A DNA stretch of 63,988 nucleotides, filler included, from Barthelona sp. PAP020 (taxonomy: Eukaryota), in NCBI GenBank assembly GCA_040182905.1. It is 6 parts of 6 records of this genome, joined end to end, with 100 filler letters (N's around TTAATTAATTAA, not from the genome) between each part and the next. Parts side by side here need not be neighbours in the genome. Positions count along the whole stretch, not along the records: positions 33,428 to 44,448 come from JARQWU010000388.1; positions 44,549 to 55,537 come from JARQWU010000389.1; 4 more parts are not named here. One strand, given 5' to 3'. Both the position numbers and the translations under genes were made by a program. Of this stretch, positions 43,941 to 55,410 are shown in pieces (position 1 is the first letter of the stretch; each line of letters begins with the position of its first letter). The notes under the pieces were generated by a model. That model was given only the letters and a program-made list of their open reading frames with translations, had not been told where the DNA came from and searched no databases.

Positions 43941-44448
43941 ATGAAATTATTCATTTTTTCGATACTATTGTTATTTGGAATAGTATTTTCGACAAACGAA
44001 GACAGACCTGAGTGGCCTGTTATTGGAATTGATTTAGGTACAACATATTCTTGTGTAGGTGTTTACACTAAACAAGGTATGGTTGAAATAATTGCCAACG
44101 ATCAAGGTTCCCGTATAACACCATCCTATGTTGCCTTTTCTGAAGGCGAAAGATTAGTTGGTGAAGCAGCTAAATACCAAGCTTCTTCAAATCCTACAAA
44201 TACCTTTTACGATATAAAACGAATAATAGGGTTGGGATATGACAATCCTGTTGCTCAATCTGAATTCAAGAGATTTTCTTACAAGGTTAAGAATAAAAAC
44301 AACAGACCTTTTGTTATCCAAGACAAAAGAGAATTGGCTCCTGAAGAAATTTCAGCCATGGTTTTATCAAAAATGAAATCTATTGCTGAAGAATATTTGG
44401 GTCAAGATGTTAAGAATGCAGTTGTTACTGTACCTGCCTATTTCAATG
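43941..44448 (+). CDS. BiP: ER Hsp70 (BiP/GRP78), 3'-truncated
   Basis: Signal peptide [57 protein letters not shown]. Confidence 0.9.
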
Positions 44449-44548
44449 NNNNNNNNNNNNNNNNNNNNNNNNNNNNNNNNNNNNNNNNNNNNTTAATTAA
44501 TTAANNNNNNNNNNNNNNNNNNNNNNNNNNNNNNNNNNNNNNNNNNNN
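44449..44548. other. Artificial contig-joining linker
   Basis: 100 nt N/TTAATTAATTAA/N. Confidence 0.98.
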
Positions 44549-44549
44549 A

Positions 44550-45005
44550 CATCTTTATTTCTTCACTGCTGAAGGTAAAAAGGAACGTGATAAAGTTTTT
44601 AGAGCTATCAGTTGGGAAACCGAGTCTGACGAAGAAAATGTTAAAGAAGAGAAGGTTATTCCTGAAGAAACTAACAAAAAATCTCCCAAAAAAAAAGCAC
44701 CAGTTATCGAAGATGAAGAAGTTTTGGAGGAAAAAATTGAAACAGCAAACAGAAAAAAAAATAGAAAAGATTCAAAGAAAAATAAAAAGGAAATTATGAA
44801 GGAACCCGAAGAAAAAAAAGTTGAAAAAGCTAAAGATGAAAAAACTTCAAAGAGAAAAAAAACAAAAGTAAGTGACAAAAAAGATGATAAAGAGGAAAAA
44901 GCATCTGAAGAAAAAAAAGAAAGTAGAAAGTCTTCTAAAAGCAAAACTAGGAGTGAAAAAAGCTCAACCGATAAAAAAGTCAAAAATAAAAAAACTAAAA
45001 ACTAA
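44550..45005 (+). CDS. C-terminal K/E-rich fragment of an unidentified gene, 5'-truncated
   Basis: Frame open from the contig start (HLYFFTAEGKKERDKVFRAISWETESDEE...) to TAA at 45005. Confidence 0.65.
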   Translation, partial: HLYFFTAEGKKERDKVFRAISWETESDEENVKEEKVIPEETNKKSPKKKAPVIEDEEVLEEKIETANRKKNRKDSKKNKKEIMKEPEEKKVEKAKDEKTSKRKKTKVSDKKDDKEEKASEEKKESRKSSKSKTRSEKSSTDKKVKNKKTKN

Positions 45006-45167
45006 TAAATGTCATTTATGCAAAAACAATAATTTTTTTTTGAAATCTTCGAGATGTCAGATTGTGAGGATTTAATAAAAATATGCTTGAACTATGAAAA
45101 GAATACAATCAAAAAGAATGAAATAAAAGTAAACAACAAAAAAAAATGTTCAAAAATTGAAGAACCT

Positions 45168-45419
45168 TCAATTTTCCGAAATTGCCGCGATTGCCTCACC
45201 TTTTAACAGAATTCTTCCCAATTTTCTAACTTCTCCTGATTTAACATCTTTTTCTTCCGCATCTATTAAATACAAATTCATAAATTGATCGAGTTTTTCT
45301 ATCCTACCAAAAATTTGGAGGTTAAAGTTCGAAAACAACAGAATTCGCACAAAAGTCTTTTCATTCATGAAATTAAACAAAACAGAAACAGCAGTTGTTT
45401 GAATAGTTGTGGAATCCAT
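45168..45419 (-). CDS. SNRPE: Small nuclear ribonucleoprotein SmE
   Basis: VRILLF..IFGRIEKLDQFMNLYLIDAEE..RKLGRILLKGEAI (Sm1/Sm2 motifs, SmE-like). Confidence 0.82.
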   Translation of the reverse strand: MDSTTIQTTAVSVLFNFMNEKTFVRILLFSNFNLQIFGRIEKLDQFMNLYLIDAEEKDVKSGEVRKLGRILLKGEAIAAISEN

Positions 45420-45486
45420 TGATTATGAAAAAGTAAATGAGAAATTAGATTAATTTTTTAATTATTTTATCGACATAATCTTGAGA

Positions 45487-47868
45487 ATGGAATCAGATGA
45501 CGATCATTATTATGGTTATGAAAATGAAGATGCCGAAAATATTGTACCAACTAGTGTTAAATTAATCATCAAGGATATTGTTGGAGAAGTTGAAGATAAT
45601 ATTTCAATAAACTCACGAAAACGAAATGATCGTGTTGCATTTAATAAATTATTAAAGGAATTACCGGTGTATGAAACTATAAACGAAAAAGGAAAAAAAA
45701 ATGAATGTACTAGTAGGGATGGAAAATATAATTTTATCATTAGGAATGATGGTATTGAATTAATATCTAATGACAAAGGAGCTTTAGTTGATGAAATCTT
45801 TTTTGAAGACAAGTCCTTTGTCGTTCTTTCAAATATTATCCCCATACAGTTAAAGATACGTTTCTCCACAATATATCTATGGTTATTTGTAATAGATTAT
45901 AGTATAAAAGTGTATTTATTTACAGATGAAGGCGAACATATTATTTTTGAAAAGGTTATTGATGAGGATATTAGTCATTACTTGAGGTTAGTTCCACCAC
46001 CTTCTTCCAATAAAGATGTTGATTCACAAACAACCAAAGATATTTCATTGAAAATTAAGTTGGATGTTTTGCTGATGGAACATATTCCTGAATTGTTTAG
46101 TCTCTCCATTAACACCGGTGATTTTGTAATTTTTTCGCTTAATGATTCTTTACGCAATGTATTAATCAAATATCAAGAATATCAATTAGCCAAACTGTCA
46201 GCAAATGAAATGACACATATTGATTCTCCTAAGTTGTTATTGGAGGATGTTAAGATTGATTCATTGATGAGACTTAGTTCTATGAGAGGTTTTCCAATTT
46301 TTTGTATTTATAGACATCAAACATCGCTTGTATCCTCCATAACGACAAAAAAACATTATTCGGTGGTACTTTTTTTTCCTTTATCAAATACTTTCCATCA
46401 CATAAAGATTCGTGCTACTTTCGGATTCAATAATGCCGTTTTAGGTTCAGAATTTCCACATTATTTAAACACCCATCAGGGATTTCATTTGAGCTGTGAG
46501 TCTGTTGAAACTGATTTCTTGATTAATAACATGGTGAACAGAAAACAAACTTTTTATCTTTTACAAGACAATTGCACAATTTTAGAATATGATGTTGAGG
46601 CAGAATTTTTGAGAAACATTTTTCCTTTACCACTTTCATTGAAAGATCAAGCGAGAAATATGGTATTAATCAAAAATGACTTGTATATATTCACAAAAAA
46701 CAGTCAAGATATTCAGTTAGAAATAAATAGTGAGAATAATTCTGAGTCACACAACCCTATAAATAAATCTTTTCAGTTATCAAGGATAGATGATTCATAT
46801 CTTTTGGATTATTGTTTGGATAAAATTTTAGGTGAAGACATTCATTACAGAAAGGTTTTTACATTAGAAAAGCTACCGTTTGTTTTTGTTTTGTTAAAAG
46901 AAAGTACAAATGAATTGCAACAATACATTTATGCAATAAATCCACAAAAGCATGAGTATCTTGCCAAAATAAAACTACCATTCAAAATCAATTTTCATGA
47001 TGGTGAAGATTTGGAAATGATTTTAGACAAGGAGACTGATCAAATCATTTTGATCAGGTCAGTTCAAATGCTGACAAAGAACTTATCAACAATTTTGCAA
47101 GAGGAAAAAATTGCCGAAAAAGTAAATAGTGCAAAAGAATTTGAAAATGAAGAGGAATTGAATGAAAAAGAGCAAAAAAATAAAAGTCCCAAGAAAGGAA
47201 AGCTAAAAGCCAGCAAATCTTCAAAAAAACTTAAGGGAATGAAAGACCTTGATAACCTTCAAACCAACAACTCATCATCAACCATTGGCACCCAAACTCC
47301 CAGTGCTTTACAACCTCAAAATGTTCGAAAAATTGAATATCGAATGAGTTTAGTGAACATTGTTTGTGCTATGCTCCCTGATTTTGGAGATTTTCAAAAC
47401 CGTACTCAATTTCAAAATAGTGTTCTTTCAAATATCATCTATGATGTAAAAGACATCATCTTTAATGTTTCTTATGATTTTCTTATCGAAAAATATGCCT
47501 CTCACTTTGCAAAGTTTGATATGTTTGAATTTAACCCATTGTTGCCTTTGGATGAACAAGAATTTATTTCTGAAGGTAAAATGACAGCTGTACAACCCCA
47601 TGGGAGCATGAATAGGGATATCTCACCAACCGTAACAGATAATGGAAAGAAGGCACAAGTGAGTTTTATTGAAAAATCAATCAAAAGACAGACAGAATTT
47701 GCAGAAATGGTTGCTGAGGAAAACAGAACACACTTTGATTATGTTTTAAAGAACAGATTGATAGATTTGGAAAAAGAAGTGTTTCAACACATTCTAAATT
47801 CTTCAGTTGATACAGAAGAAGTTGAAAATAAATTGATCATTGATTTAGAAACCTTGATAAACGAATAG
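45487..47868 (+). CDS. Hypothetical protein (about 793 aa)
   Basis: Long ORF; no family recognised. Confidence 0.7.
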   Translation: MESDDDHYYGYENEDAENIVPTSVKLIIKDIVGEVEDNISINSRKRNDRVAFNKLLKELPVYETINEKGKKNECTSRDGKYNFIIRNDGIELISNDKGALVDEIFFEDKSFVVLSNIIPIQLKIRFSTIYLWLFVIDYSIKVYLFTDEGEHIIFEKVIDEDISHYLRLVPPPSSNKDVDSQTTKDISLKIKLDVLLMEHIPELFSLSINTGDFVIFSLNDSLRNVLIKYQEYQLAKLSANEMTHIDSPKLLLEDVKIDSLMRLSSMRGFPIFCIYRHQTSLVSSITTKKHYSVVLFFPLSNTFHHIKIRATFGFNNAVLGSEFPHYLNTHQGFHLSCESVETDFLINNMVNRKQTFYLLQDNCTILEYDVEAEFLRNIFPLPLSLKDQARNMVLIKNDLYIFTKNSQDIQLEINSENNSESHNPINKSFQLSRIDDSYLLDYCLDKILGEDIHYRKVFTLEKLPFVFVLLKESTNELQQYIYAINPQKHEYLAKIKLPFKINFHDGEDLEMILDKETDQIILIRSVQMLTKNLSTILQEEKIAEKVNSAKEFENEEELNEKEQKNKSPKKGKLKASKSSKKLKGMKDLDNLQTNNSSSTIGTQTPSALQPQNVRKIEYRMSLVNIVCAMLPDFGDFQNRTQFQNSVLSNIIYDVKDIIFNVSYDFLIEKYASHFAKFDMFEFNPLLPLDEQEFISEGKMTAVQPHGSMNRDISPTVTDNGKKAQVSFIEKSIKRQTEFAEMVAEENRTHFDYVLKNRLIDLEKEVFQHILNSSVDTEEVENKLIIDLETLINE

Positions 47869-48117
47869 AACCAGCATAAATGTGTAATTGTAATTTTTTT
47901 TTCTCTTTATTATAGATTACCATATATTTGAGAATTAATCAAATAGTTTATTGTATAAATGATAGTTTGCTAAAAAAGGAATTTCAATGGTCTTAGTGAT
48001 TGAATTATTGATACTTGAAAAAGGGAAAAGGGACGCAAAAATCTTTTTCCAATCAATTTTTTTTTTTTCAACAATAGTCATATTTAATTGATTTTTGTTT
48101 GAATTTGTGTAAGATTG

Positions 48118-51100
48118 ATGAACTTATTGAACGATTTATTTCAACAATTTTTTTATTTGGAAGACGATTCCAAACAAGAATCTTCAATAAATCAATTGAA
48201 TGAATATATTCAAATGACTGATTTAAATGACATTCTTCAACATTTAAATAAGTATTTAATCATGGAAGATCAATATTGTCAACATTTTGGTATGGAAATT
48301 ATTGAAAGAACTATTAAACAAAGGGAAGATGATTTTACAGAGGATAATATTATAGAATATTTGAATTTTTTCCATGAACTTTTGGAAAGTTCTTTTGAGG
48401 TGGATTATGTTCAGAATTTATTGTATAAAAACTTGTCCATTTTTTTAATAACTTTTGGTAATAATGAAAGTGTTTTCAATTTTTATTCACAAATATTACA
48501 AATATTTGAAACTTTATCGATGGAAAATTTATCCTTCTTTGTAAATTTTTGTCATTGTTTATATTCGTATGTGATCACGTTATCACAAAAATCATCCAAG
48601 ATAAAACAAAAAATTGCAGGCAGATTATTAAATTGTTTCTCGAAAACATTCGAAATATTTGCAAACATTTGTGAAAGTCTTTTAGAAACTTATTTAGAGA
48701 CTGAAGAATCAAATAAGTTGTTGAAGGAAAGTTTTAAATGTTTCGAAACTTTTTCTGGGTCTTTAAGTATGAAGCATATGTTGACTCCCAGAATATTTGA
48801 TATGTTGGTAAAGTCTCTGTTTTGTTTCAATGAGATTGATCTTTTTGGATACAATACTTTAGTTACCATCTGTTGTCGCAGTTGGCCAAAAAGCAAGAAT
48901 GTGAATGAATATGTGACTTTGCAAAGTTCCATTGAATTATTGTTAACAACTATTGAAAGCATTCTGAATGGTGAAATTGATCTGGTGAATGATGATATTT
49001 TGCTGAAATTGGCCCATGTTTTGAATGTGTTACTAACTAATCATCCAAATACCATATTTCCAAAAGAACTTCAAACAGAACAAGATATTCTAATATTTTA
49101 TCAAACTTTTAAATGTTTGTTATTGTTGAGTCAACATGATTCTCCTGTAATATATTTAGAGTTTGGGACCATCATGATATACATGCTGAAGACTCCTACG
49201 AAATACCCTTTTCTCGGAGAATTATTTGAATACGCTAGTTCTATTGATGAATTGGATGGAATTTTGGAGATCATCATCACTCAGTGGTTTAAAATGATTA
49301 GAAAAATACCAAACGAAGATAGTAAGCCATATATTGAAGACTTTTTAAGCTTAAAATTTGATAACGATTCAAGAATGAAATTTGGAAGATTTATTTCAAA
49401 ATTAAGAGCTTGTGTGTTATCGTTCATGCATGAACTCTTTAAAAAATTTCCATTGTTTTTGACTTTTGCATTTGAGAAATTAGTCGAACGTTTATCCCAA
49501 ATATCTGAATCTGATGTTGAGATAAATTCAGAAGTAAGTTATGAGGATGACATTTATATGGAGCTGGAGGCTATAACTGCTATTTTAGAGACCATTTGTA
49601 AAGAATTTTTGGAGATATCTATTGATGAGTTAGATTCCAATGTATTTCATTTACAAAGGCAATTAATTCGGTATTTTATTGAAAATATCAGTGAATGTGA
49701 AAGTCCTTTGGTTATCACGAGATATATGGATGGTATTGGATCTGTGACTAATTTATTCAAATTGACTAATGAACCGACTGAAGAAGATTTGCAAGTTATT
49801 GGAGAAGTGGGACGTTTGTTGATTGATTATGTGAATCAACCCTTTGTTGAACTTGAAAATGAGAATTTACAACGAGATATTCGAGCTACAAGAAGAAAAG
49901 CTTATTTAGTCTTGAATACTATCACAGATACCATTCCTACATATTTAGGAGAGTGTTTGAATTATATTGTTGATGAAATTAATGATCTATCGAACAATTT
50001 AAGTCCCTCTGAACGTAGTGGATTTCATGATGCAATATTAGGCATTGTAGTTAATGATTGGGATGAGTCATTATTAAATCATTTGCTTGAATCTTCATTT
50101 GAAATACTTAATGCTGTAATTGAAGAAGGATTTGATGAACGATATGGATTTATTGCTAATTCTCCCATTAATAATTCTAATTTTGCTGAAATAACTACAT
50201 CCAGACGAAATTTATGTTTTAGTTTATCTACAATATCTACATTGTTAAAAAAGTTAACGATAGTTGAACATGATAATTATATAAAGAGTATCTATAATAC
50301 AATAAAGCCATTTTTAATGATATTAACCAAATGTTTGGATAATCTTTTGGAATTAAACTATGAAACTTTTAAGGAATTGAATGTTTCATTGGCTGTACAA
50401 TTAGGATATTTACAAAACATGGAAACAAAGGTATTAGATAAGTTTCAAGTAAAGAATATTAGGTTTACTGATTATTTAGATTCACCCGCCGATTTTGAAT
50501 TGAATGAATACTATAGTTTAGCTTTTTATCATGTGATAAGAAGTCATTTATTTAATATTTTAAGACAATTAGCATTTAAGAAGATTTTTGCTGATTTCGA
50601 TGAGTCAAATGATGATGATGATGATATTAACGATGAATTATTGGAAAGTTTTTGGAAAAATTTACAAAATTATCCAAGTCATGAATTTAATTCATTTTCT
50701 AAAATTGTTTTGCCTGCATTTTTTGAACATTCTTCAATAAATTGTTTAGAGAAATATTTACATATTTATATGAATATATTATTTGATCAATATGTTATAT
50801 CAAAAGATTTACAAAAGATTTCTCAAGATAAAGAATATGATGAGAGAGAACGAGAAGAAGAAGAAGAACAACAACAAGAAATGAGTAAATGGAAACCCAA
50901 TAAAAATAATCAAGCCACTGGAATTGTTGATGAAAAATTATTATTAGAAAGTATTCAAGAAAATATTTTAAATAGTGTAATATCACAACTTTTACAAATC
51001 TTTTCGTGTTTAACCACAAAAAGACAATCGAATGAAATTGAAAATATAGTTGTTAATATTTTATGTTGTCCAACTATTATTAACGATGTTTTGGAGCTTT

Positions 51101-51666
51101 ATTTGATTATTTTAGAGAACTATCCTTTACATATATCAAAAGTTTTAGCAAATTTGAATCATCTTACTCCATTGCTTTTTTTAACTTCATCATTTTATCA
51201 TCCAACTTTAATTAACAATATTTTCACGAGTTTATTGAAGTTCATCTTTAATACAAAAAACAAGCCTAAATATTTTGATGACATTAGTCAAGCCATATAT
51301 ACTTGTTTAGACATTTATTTAATGTTTGGTTTTTCTTTGAATGAAGAAGGTGAATTGAAAATAGGTACAGTGAATTGGTTACCTCATGCTGGTAATAATT
51401 TAATCCAAAAAGTTGAAAAAAAATTAAATGGTCATGAATTTGATCTGGATATAAATGCTGTTAGGTCAATTTTAGCTGAACAATTTGATGAAGAATTTAT
51501 CGTTGTGTTGGATGAACATCTTAGCAAATTATCCAGTATAAGATCAATGAGATTAGCTTTCAGGCATTTCTTAATCTCTGTTGAAATTGCACCTTATGAT
51601 TCAACAGTTTTTTCAAAATTGAGTGAATTCTTGGAAAATGATGCAATGGAAAATGAAGACACTTGA
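48118..51666 (+). CDS. Importin-beta family karyopherin, exportin-5/MSN5-like
   Basis: About 1180 aa, acidic and all-helical; QHFGMEIIERTIKQR resembles the XPO5 N-terminal HFGLQxLE motif. Confidence 0.65.
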   Translation: MNLLNDLFQQFFYLEDDSKQESSINQLNEYIQMTDLNDILQHLNKYLIMEDQYCQHFGMEIIERTIKQREDDFTEDNIIEYLNFFHELLESSFEVDYVQNLLYKNLSIFLITFGNNESVFNFYSQILQIFETLSMENLSFFVNFCHCLYSYVITLSQKSSKIKQKIAGRLLNCFSKTFEIFANICESLLETYLETEESNKLLKESFKCFETFSGSLSMKHMLTPRIFDMLVKSLFCFNEIDLFGYNTLVTICCRSWPKSKNVNEYVTLQSSIELLLTTIESILNGEIDLVNDDILLKLAHVLNVLLTNHPNTIFPKELQTEQDILIFYQTFKCLLLLSQHDSPVIYLEFGTIMIYMLKTPTKYPFLGELFEYASSIDELDGILEIIITQWFKMIRKIPNEDSKPYIEDFLSLKFDNDSRMKFGRFISKLRACVLSFMHELFKKFPLFLTFAFEKLVERLSQISESDVEINSEVSYEDDIYMELEAITAILETICKEFLEISIDELDSNVFHLQRQLIRYFIENISECESPLVITRYMDGIGSVTNLFKLTNEPTEEDLQVIGEVGRLLIDYVNQPFVELENENLQRDIRATRRKAYLVLNTITDTIPTYLGECLNYIVDEINDLSNNLSPSERSGFHDAILGIVVNDWDESLLNHLLESSFEILNAVIEEGFDERYGFIANSPINNSNFAEITTSRRNLCFSLSTISTLLKKLTIVEHDNYIKSIYNTIKPFLMILTKCLDNLLELNYETFKELNVSLAVQLGYLQNMETKVLDKFQVKNIRFTDYLDSPADFELNEYYSLAFYHVIRSHLFNILRQLAFKKIFADFDESNDDDDDINDELLESFWKNLQNYPSHEFNSFSKIVLPAFFEHSSINCLEKYLHIYMNILFDQYVISKDLQKISQDKEYDEREREEEEEQQQEMSKWKPNKNNQATGIVDEKLLLESIQENILNSVISQLLQIFSCLTTKRQSNEIENIVVNILCCPTIINDVLELYLIILENYPLHISKVLANLNHLTPLLFLTSSFYHPTLINNIFTSLLKFIFNTKNKPKYFDDISQAIYTCLDIYLMFGFSLNEEGELKIGTVNWLPHAGNNLIQKVEKKLNGHEFDLDINAVRSILAEQFDEEFIVVLDEHLSKLSSIRSMRLAFRHFLISVEIAPYDSTVFSKLSEFLENDAMENEDT

Positions 51667-52148
51667 TTTGATTTCTTGTCAATTTTGGTTAATTTTGGTT
51701 TAATTTGATAAGTATTTGTTCTTTTGTTTTTCTTAAATACATGATTTTTTTTATTTGAAAAAGAATGTGCGGTAAATTTATATTTTTTTTTCTTTCCCAA
51801 AAAACTTTTTCAAAACTTTCCAAATTTGAGGTGCTCTATTGAGTGATCGGTTCTAAATCAAAAACTTTCATTTTCATTTTCATTTGAACTTTACTCTCAA
51901 ACACATCAAAATCCTTTTGTGGCATGGACTGTTTTGTGAGATGATTGTTTTCCAACGAGTAGAATAATTGCACTTTTGATTGTTCAATAAATTTTTGCTT
52001 CAGAAACTTTCAAGAAACTTCAATGTTGAGACAACTTTATGTGATAGATTTTGGTTGGTAGTGATCCAAAAACATGGGAAGAAAAAATGAAAGATTAACC
52101 TACACATATTATTTACTTGAAAGAAGAAAAACAAACTTATAATTTTGT

Positions 52149-53243
52149 CTAATGCCTGAAATTAGGGATGGGACTTGGCATTTCACGTCTTCTGTTCTTT
52201 CCATCTTCAATTAATTGCCTAGCTATTGTTTCATTGGTACAGTGTCCTTTCAAATCATTGAAAAATTTGTCTTTCAAATCTGAATCTTCAGTAATTTCAT
52301 TCAACAAACCTTTACATACAACGATAATTTTTTCACTGTCCAAAAAAGGTGGTTGAGCATCCAACAATACACCCAATAATCTTTGTGGATTTTTCACCTT
52401 ATCTTCATCCAAATCATCAATGACACAATGGAGGATAGAAGCAATAACGATAGGCAATGCTGAAAGCCCAAGTGCAAGTATAAAATCTAATAACTTTAGT
52501 GCCTCAGAAAAGGGTCTTATGCATGAACAAAGCGTGATAAAATACTTTAATGTTAAAGCATACAACGGCTCAATCATTATATCATCTTCTTCAATTCTAT
52601 TCATGCAATTATTGTTTTGTTGATGCAACCCAACATTTCCACCTCGCTTATTTGTTGATTTTTGCTGTAAATACAAAATGTATCTCATTTCATTCAAACA
52701 AGGTTGTAATATAATATATGTTTCGTTCTTGTACTCTCTTAATACCTTATCTATCATTTCACATCCAGCATGAATGCCTAATTGTCCTGGAATTGAGTAC
52801 AAACGTAGTTTTTTGGTAAACACATCAACAAATGCATTAAACCCACCAATTTCACCAAAAACATAAATACAAATACCAGCAAGTGCATTAAACCCTTGTA
52901 CATATGTATTTTCAAGGTTATTCTTAATTGTATAATGTAAATAACTAAATAAGCACCTAGTAATTTGAGAATGATTCACAACTTTGGAAAATTCTTCATC
53001 ACCAGCAAATGTACGATTAATATCTCCTTTGATAGCTGTTGCAGCTTCAATCTTATCATAATTTTCTGTTATTTTTGGTCCTTTTAATACTAATTCATTA
53101 TATTCTTCTTCACTTATTTCAGAAAATTTAAGATAACTTGTCCAAAATACTTGTCGAGCATCTTTTCCTTTTTGTATCTCTTTTAACATTGAATATAGTT
53201 CTGAAGTACTTGATTTTTTAATTAATTCTTCTTTTTCACTCAT
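52149..53243 (-). CDS. BUB2: TBC-domain GAP, Bub2/Cdc16-like
   Basis: IKGDINRTF, YVQGFNALA, GIHAGCEMIDKVL, LYA..ITLCSCIRPFSEALKLLDF; ORF is open from 53300. Confidence 0.75.
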   Translation of the reverse strand: MSEKEELIKKSSTSELYSMLKEIQKGKDARQVFWTSYLKFSEISEEEYNELVLKGPKITENYDKIEAATAIKGDINRTFAGDEEFSKVVNHSQITRCLFSYLHYTIKNNLENTYVQGFNALAGICIYVFGEIGGFNAFVDVFTKKLRLYSIPGQLGIHAGCEMIDKVLREYKNETYIILQPCLNEMRYILYLQQKSTNKRGGNVGLHQQNNNCMNRIEEDDIMIEPLYALTLKYFITLCSCIRPFSEALKLLDFILALGLSALPIVIASILHCVIDDLDEDKVKNPQRLLGVLLDAQPPFLDSEKIIVVCKGLLNEITEDSDLKDKFFNDLKGHCTNETIARQLIEDGKNRRREMPSPIPNFRH

Positions 53244-53609
53244 TATATTATCATGCCATTCATAGATATGAAAATAATTTAAAAAAAAAGCAAATGACAT
53301 TGTAGTTTTGGTTTAATCCATTTATTCTTTATTTAGGTTCAATATTTATATTTTGCCTCAATATTTCGTTAAAAAATGCCAATTATTAAGGTTAAATTCA
53401 TTCCTGTCATTTTTTTTTATTTTTTTTTGAACAAATTTCTGCACTTATTTATAATTTTTTCGTACATTAGAATCATTACTTCTTGAATCAGTGAATTTTG
53501 ACTTCCGATTTCCAATGATTGACAATTCTTTTCACAAAAAAAGAAACGATTAATTTTATAAAAGAGACTAATGCTGGGTGCAGATAAAAATTCATTGTAA
53601 CTATAACAC

Positions 53610-54110
53610 TTAATATTTACGATGTTTTTGCTTTTTTGGTCTTTTTGTTTTCCTTTTTGTATGGGTCTTACGAATTGAATCAGCTTCCATCTTTATATCA
53701 GTAAAATTTTCACGTACATCATCTAAAACATTCTTGTTTCTTTCTTTTCTGGTCAAACGATTTTTATTATCTAAAATATTTTCTGCTACTGTTCCCAATT
53801 GTATTCTGTCAGTATCAATGTGTTTACGTCTCAATTTTTGATGTTTACGTGTGGAATCTAAAAATTGTTGATAATGTAAAATGTTTAATTCCTGAGATTG
53901 TTCTTCAGTTAATTGTGTTGGTTTGAAATTAAACCAATCTTTCGATAATGAAGTATCTTTTGTTGTTTTAATTTTCCTTTGTTTCTTTAAGTCGGTGATA
54001 TTTTGTGTTTTTCGATGAATATTTGTTTTCAAACCAGTCGGAATATGATTTTTGTTTTTTCCACCTAATTCTTTTTGTTGAATTTTGGTTATTTCATTAA
54101 TTAAATTCAT
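53610..54110 (-). CDS. FCF2: rRNA-processing protein Fcf2/DNTTIP2-like
   Basis: WFNFKPTQLTEE..ELNIL..LD, IQLGTV, RLTRKERNKNVLDD. Confidence 0.8.
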   Translation of the reverse strand: MNLINEITKIQQKELGGKNKNHIPTGLKTNIHRKTQNITDLKKQRKIKTTKDTSLSKDWFNFKPTQLTEEQSQELNILHYQQFLDSTRKHQKLRRKHIDTDRIQLGTVAENILDNKNRLTRKERNKNVLDDVRENFTDIKMEADSIRKTHTKRKTKRPKKQKHRKY

Positions 54111-54909
54111 GAAGGATACTGATTAATAAAAATAAAAGAAAATGATATTTTCCATTTTTCAACATTTCATTTTTTGTTGTTGTTATTTTATCAACCTTTT
54201 TTTTATTGAAAGAGATTATGAATTATGATTGTTGATTCATTTTTTTAAAATAGTTATTGGAAGAATTGTTTATTTTTTTAATATTTAAATAGTGTTGGAA
54301 TAAAGTTTGATTTTTTGTAGCGATGAGTGAATAAAAAGAGAAGTGTGAATTTGAACATACAGGTTACTTTGCCTTTTGATTTGTTAAAAATTAAAAGATC
54401 AAATGTGATGGTTCAGACGCTATAATTGCTGAAAAAACAAACAACAAAAAGCCATTTTATCTAAATTTTCAAGGATGAACAACAACAAGATTTGGAAGGT
54501 TCAATTGAAAAAAGGAAGATTTTTCCGCTTTATGAGTCTTACCCCAACTGCAACTTCCCTGAAATAAAGCCTGGTTGTTCAAAAACCAAATCAATTTTTT
54601 ATTGATTGATTAATTGAGTATGGATCTTTTGTGTTGAAAGTTTTGCAAAAAGAAATGAAAAGGTCACACAGTTTACACACAGACAAATCCCCAATATTCT
54701 CAAAGCACCTTTAATAGCAGTGAACAAAGAATCAAATTTAAAACGGTGGCTTGCCATTAATGTCAACTATTTTTATCCAAAATTTTCAGTGAAAAGAACA
54801 CTATTGTGTTTGAACCTGGTGAAAAAAGTGATGGAAAAAAATTCCGAGTGGTAAGAATGAAAAAATAACATGTTAATTTTGTTGATTCCTCCCCTGCCGG
54901 TTTGATTGA

Positions 54910-55383
54910 TTATTTCCAAGCCAAGAAGCACTATGCGTATGAGTGAATAAAAAAGAATAGTGTTTATTTGGTTAAAGCCTTTCGAGGCGCGATTGATCCG
55001 TTGAAAACTTTCAGGTTTTTTAAGGTAAAGGTTAAACTTTAAAATTTTGTTTTTGAAAAAATTCAAAAAAATAGGAATGAAGAATTTCTCCGAAATTCTC
55101 CTACTTGATCGTTCAAATTACATTTCAGTCACTCAATTCCCCTCCTAGGATTTTGACTGAAATTTGCTAGAATGAGTTTTCTGAGTTTACTTTCTTTGTA
55201 AATAATGTGGAAGTTCATGCCCAATGAACGGAATTTATTAGAGATATAAAGAGGTCATCAAATATCACTTCCTTTATTTGTTGTTTTTTGACCACCTTTA
55301 GGTCCAAATTTTTAAGTTACTTGGGTATCTGAATCCACGTGAGTTTTTCCCAAACCTTAAGCTAACTCGTTTCGTTGTTCACT
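54910..55383 (+). repeat. Dispersed structured repeat, copy B: modules a (54910-54962), b (54963-55205), c (55206-55383)
   Basis: Each module matches copy C closely; several stems visible. Confidence 0.9.
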
Positions 55384-55410
55384 GAACAACCATACCTCAT
55401 AAATATCTAA

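Noticed and set aside
51826..51880. Faint similarity between 51826-51880 (reverse strand) and 55858-55930
   Set aside because: Short, gapped and AT-rich; cannot be told from chance by eye
54773..55066. Short ORFs with similar peptides (INRASKxFNxI) at 31963-32226, 54773-55066 and 56645-56842
   Set aside because: By-products of the DNA repeat; the track starts and the ends differ between copies, so no conserved protein
55206..55381. Module c as a solo LTR (TG...CA ends)
   Set aside because: No target-site duplication, and shared sequence extends beyond both TG and CA
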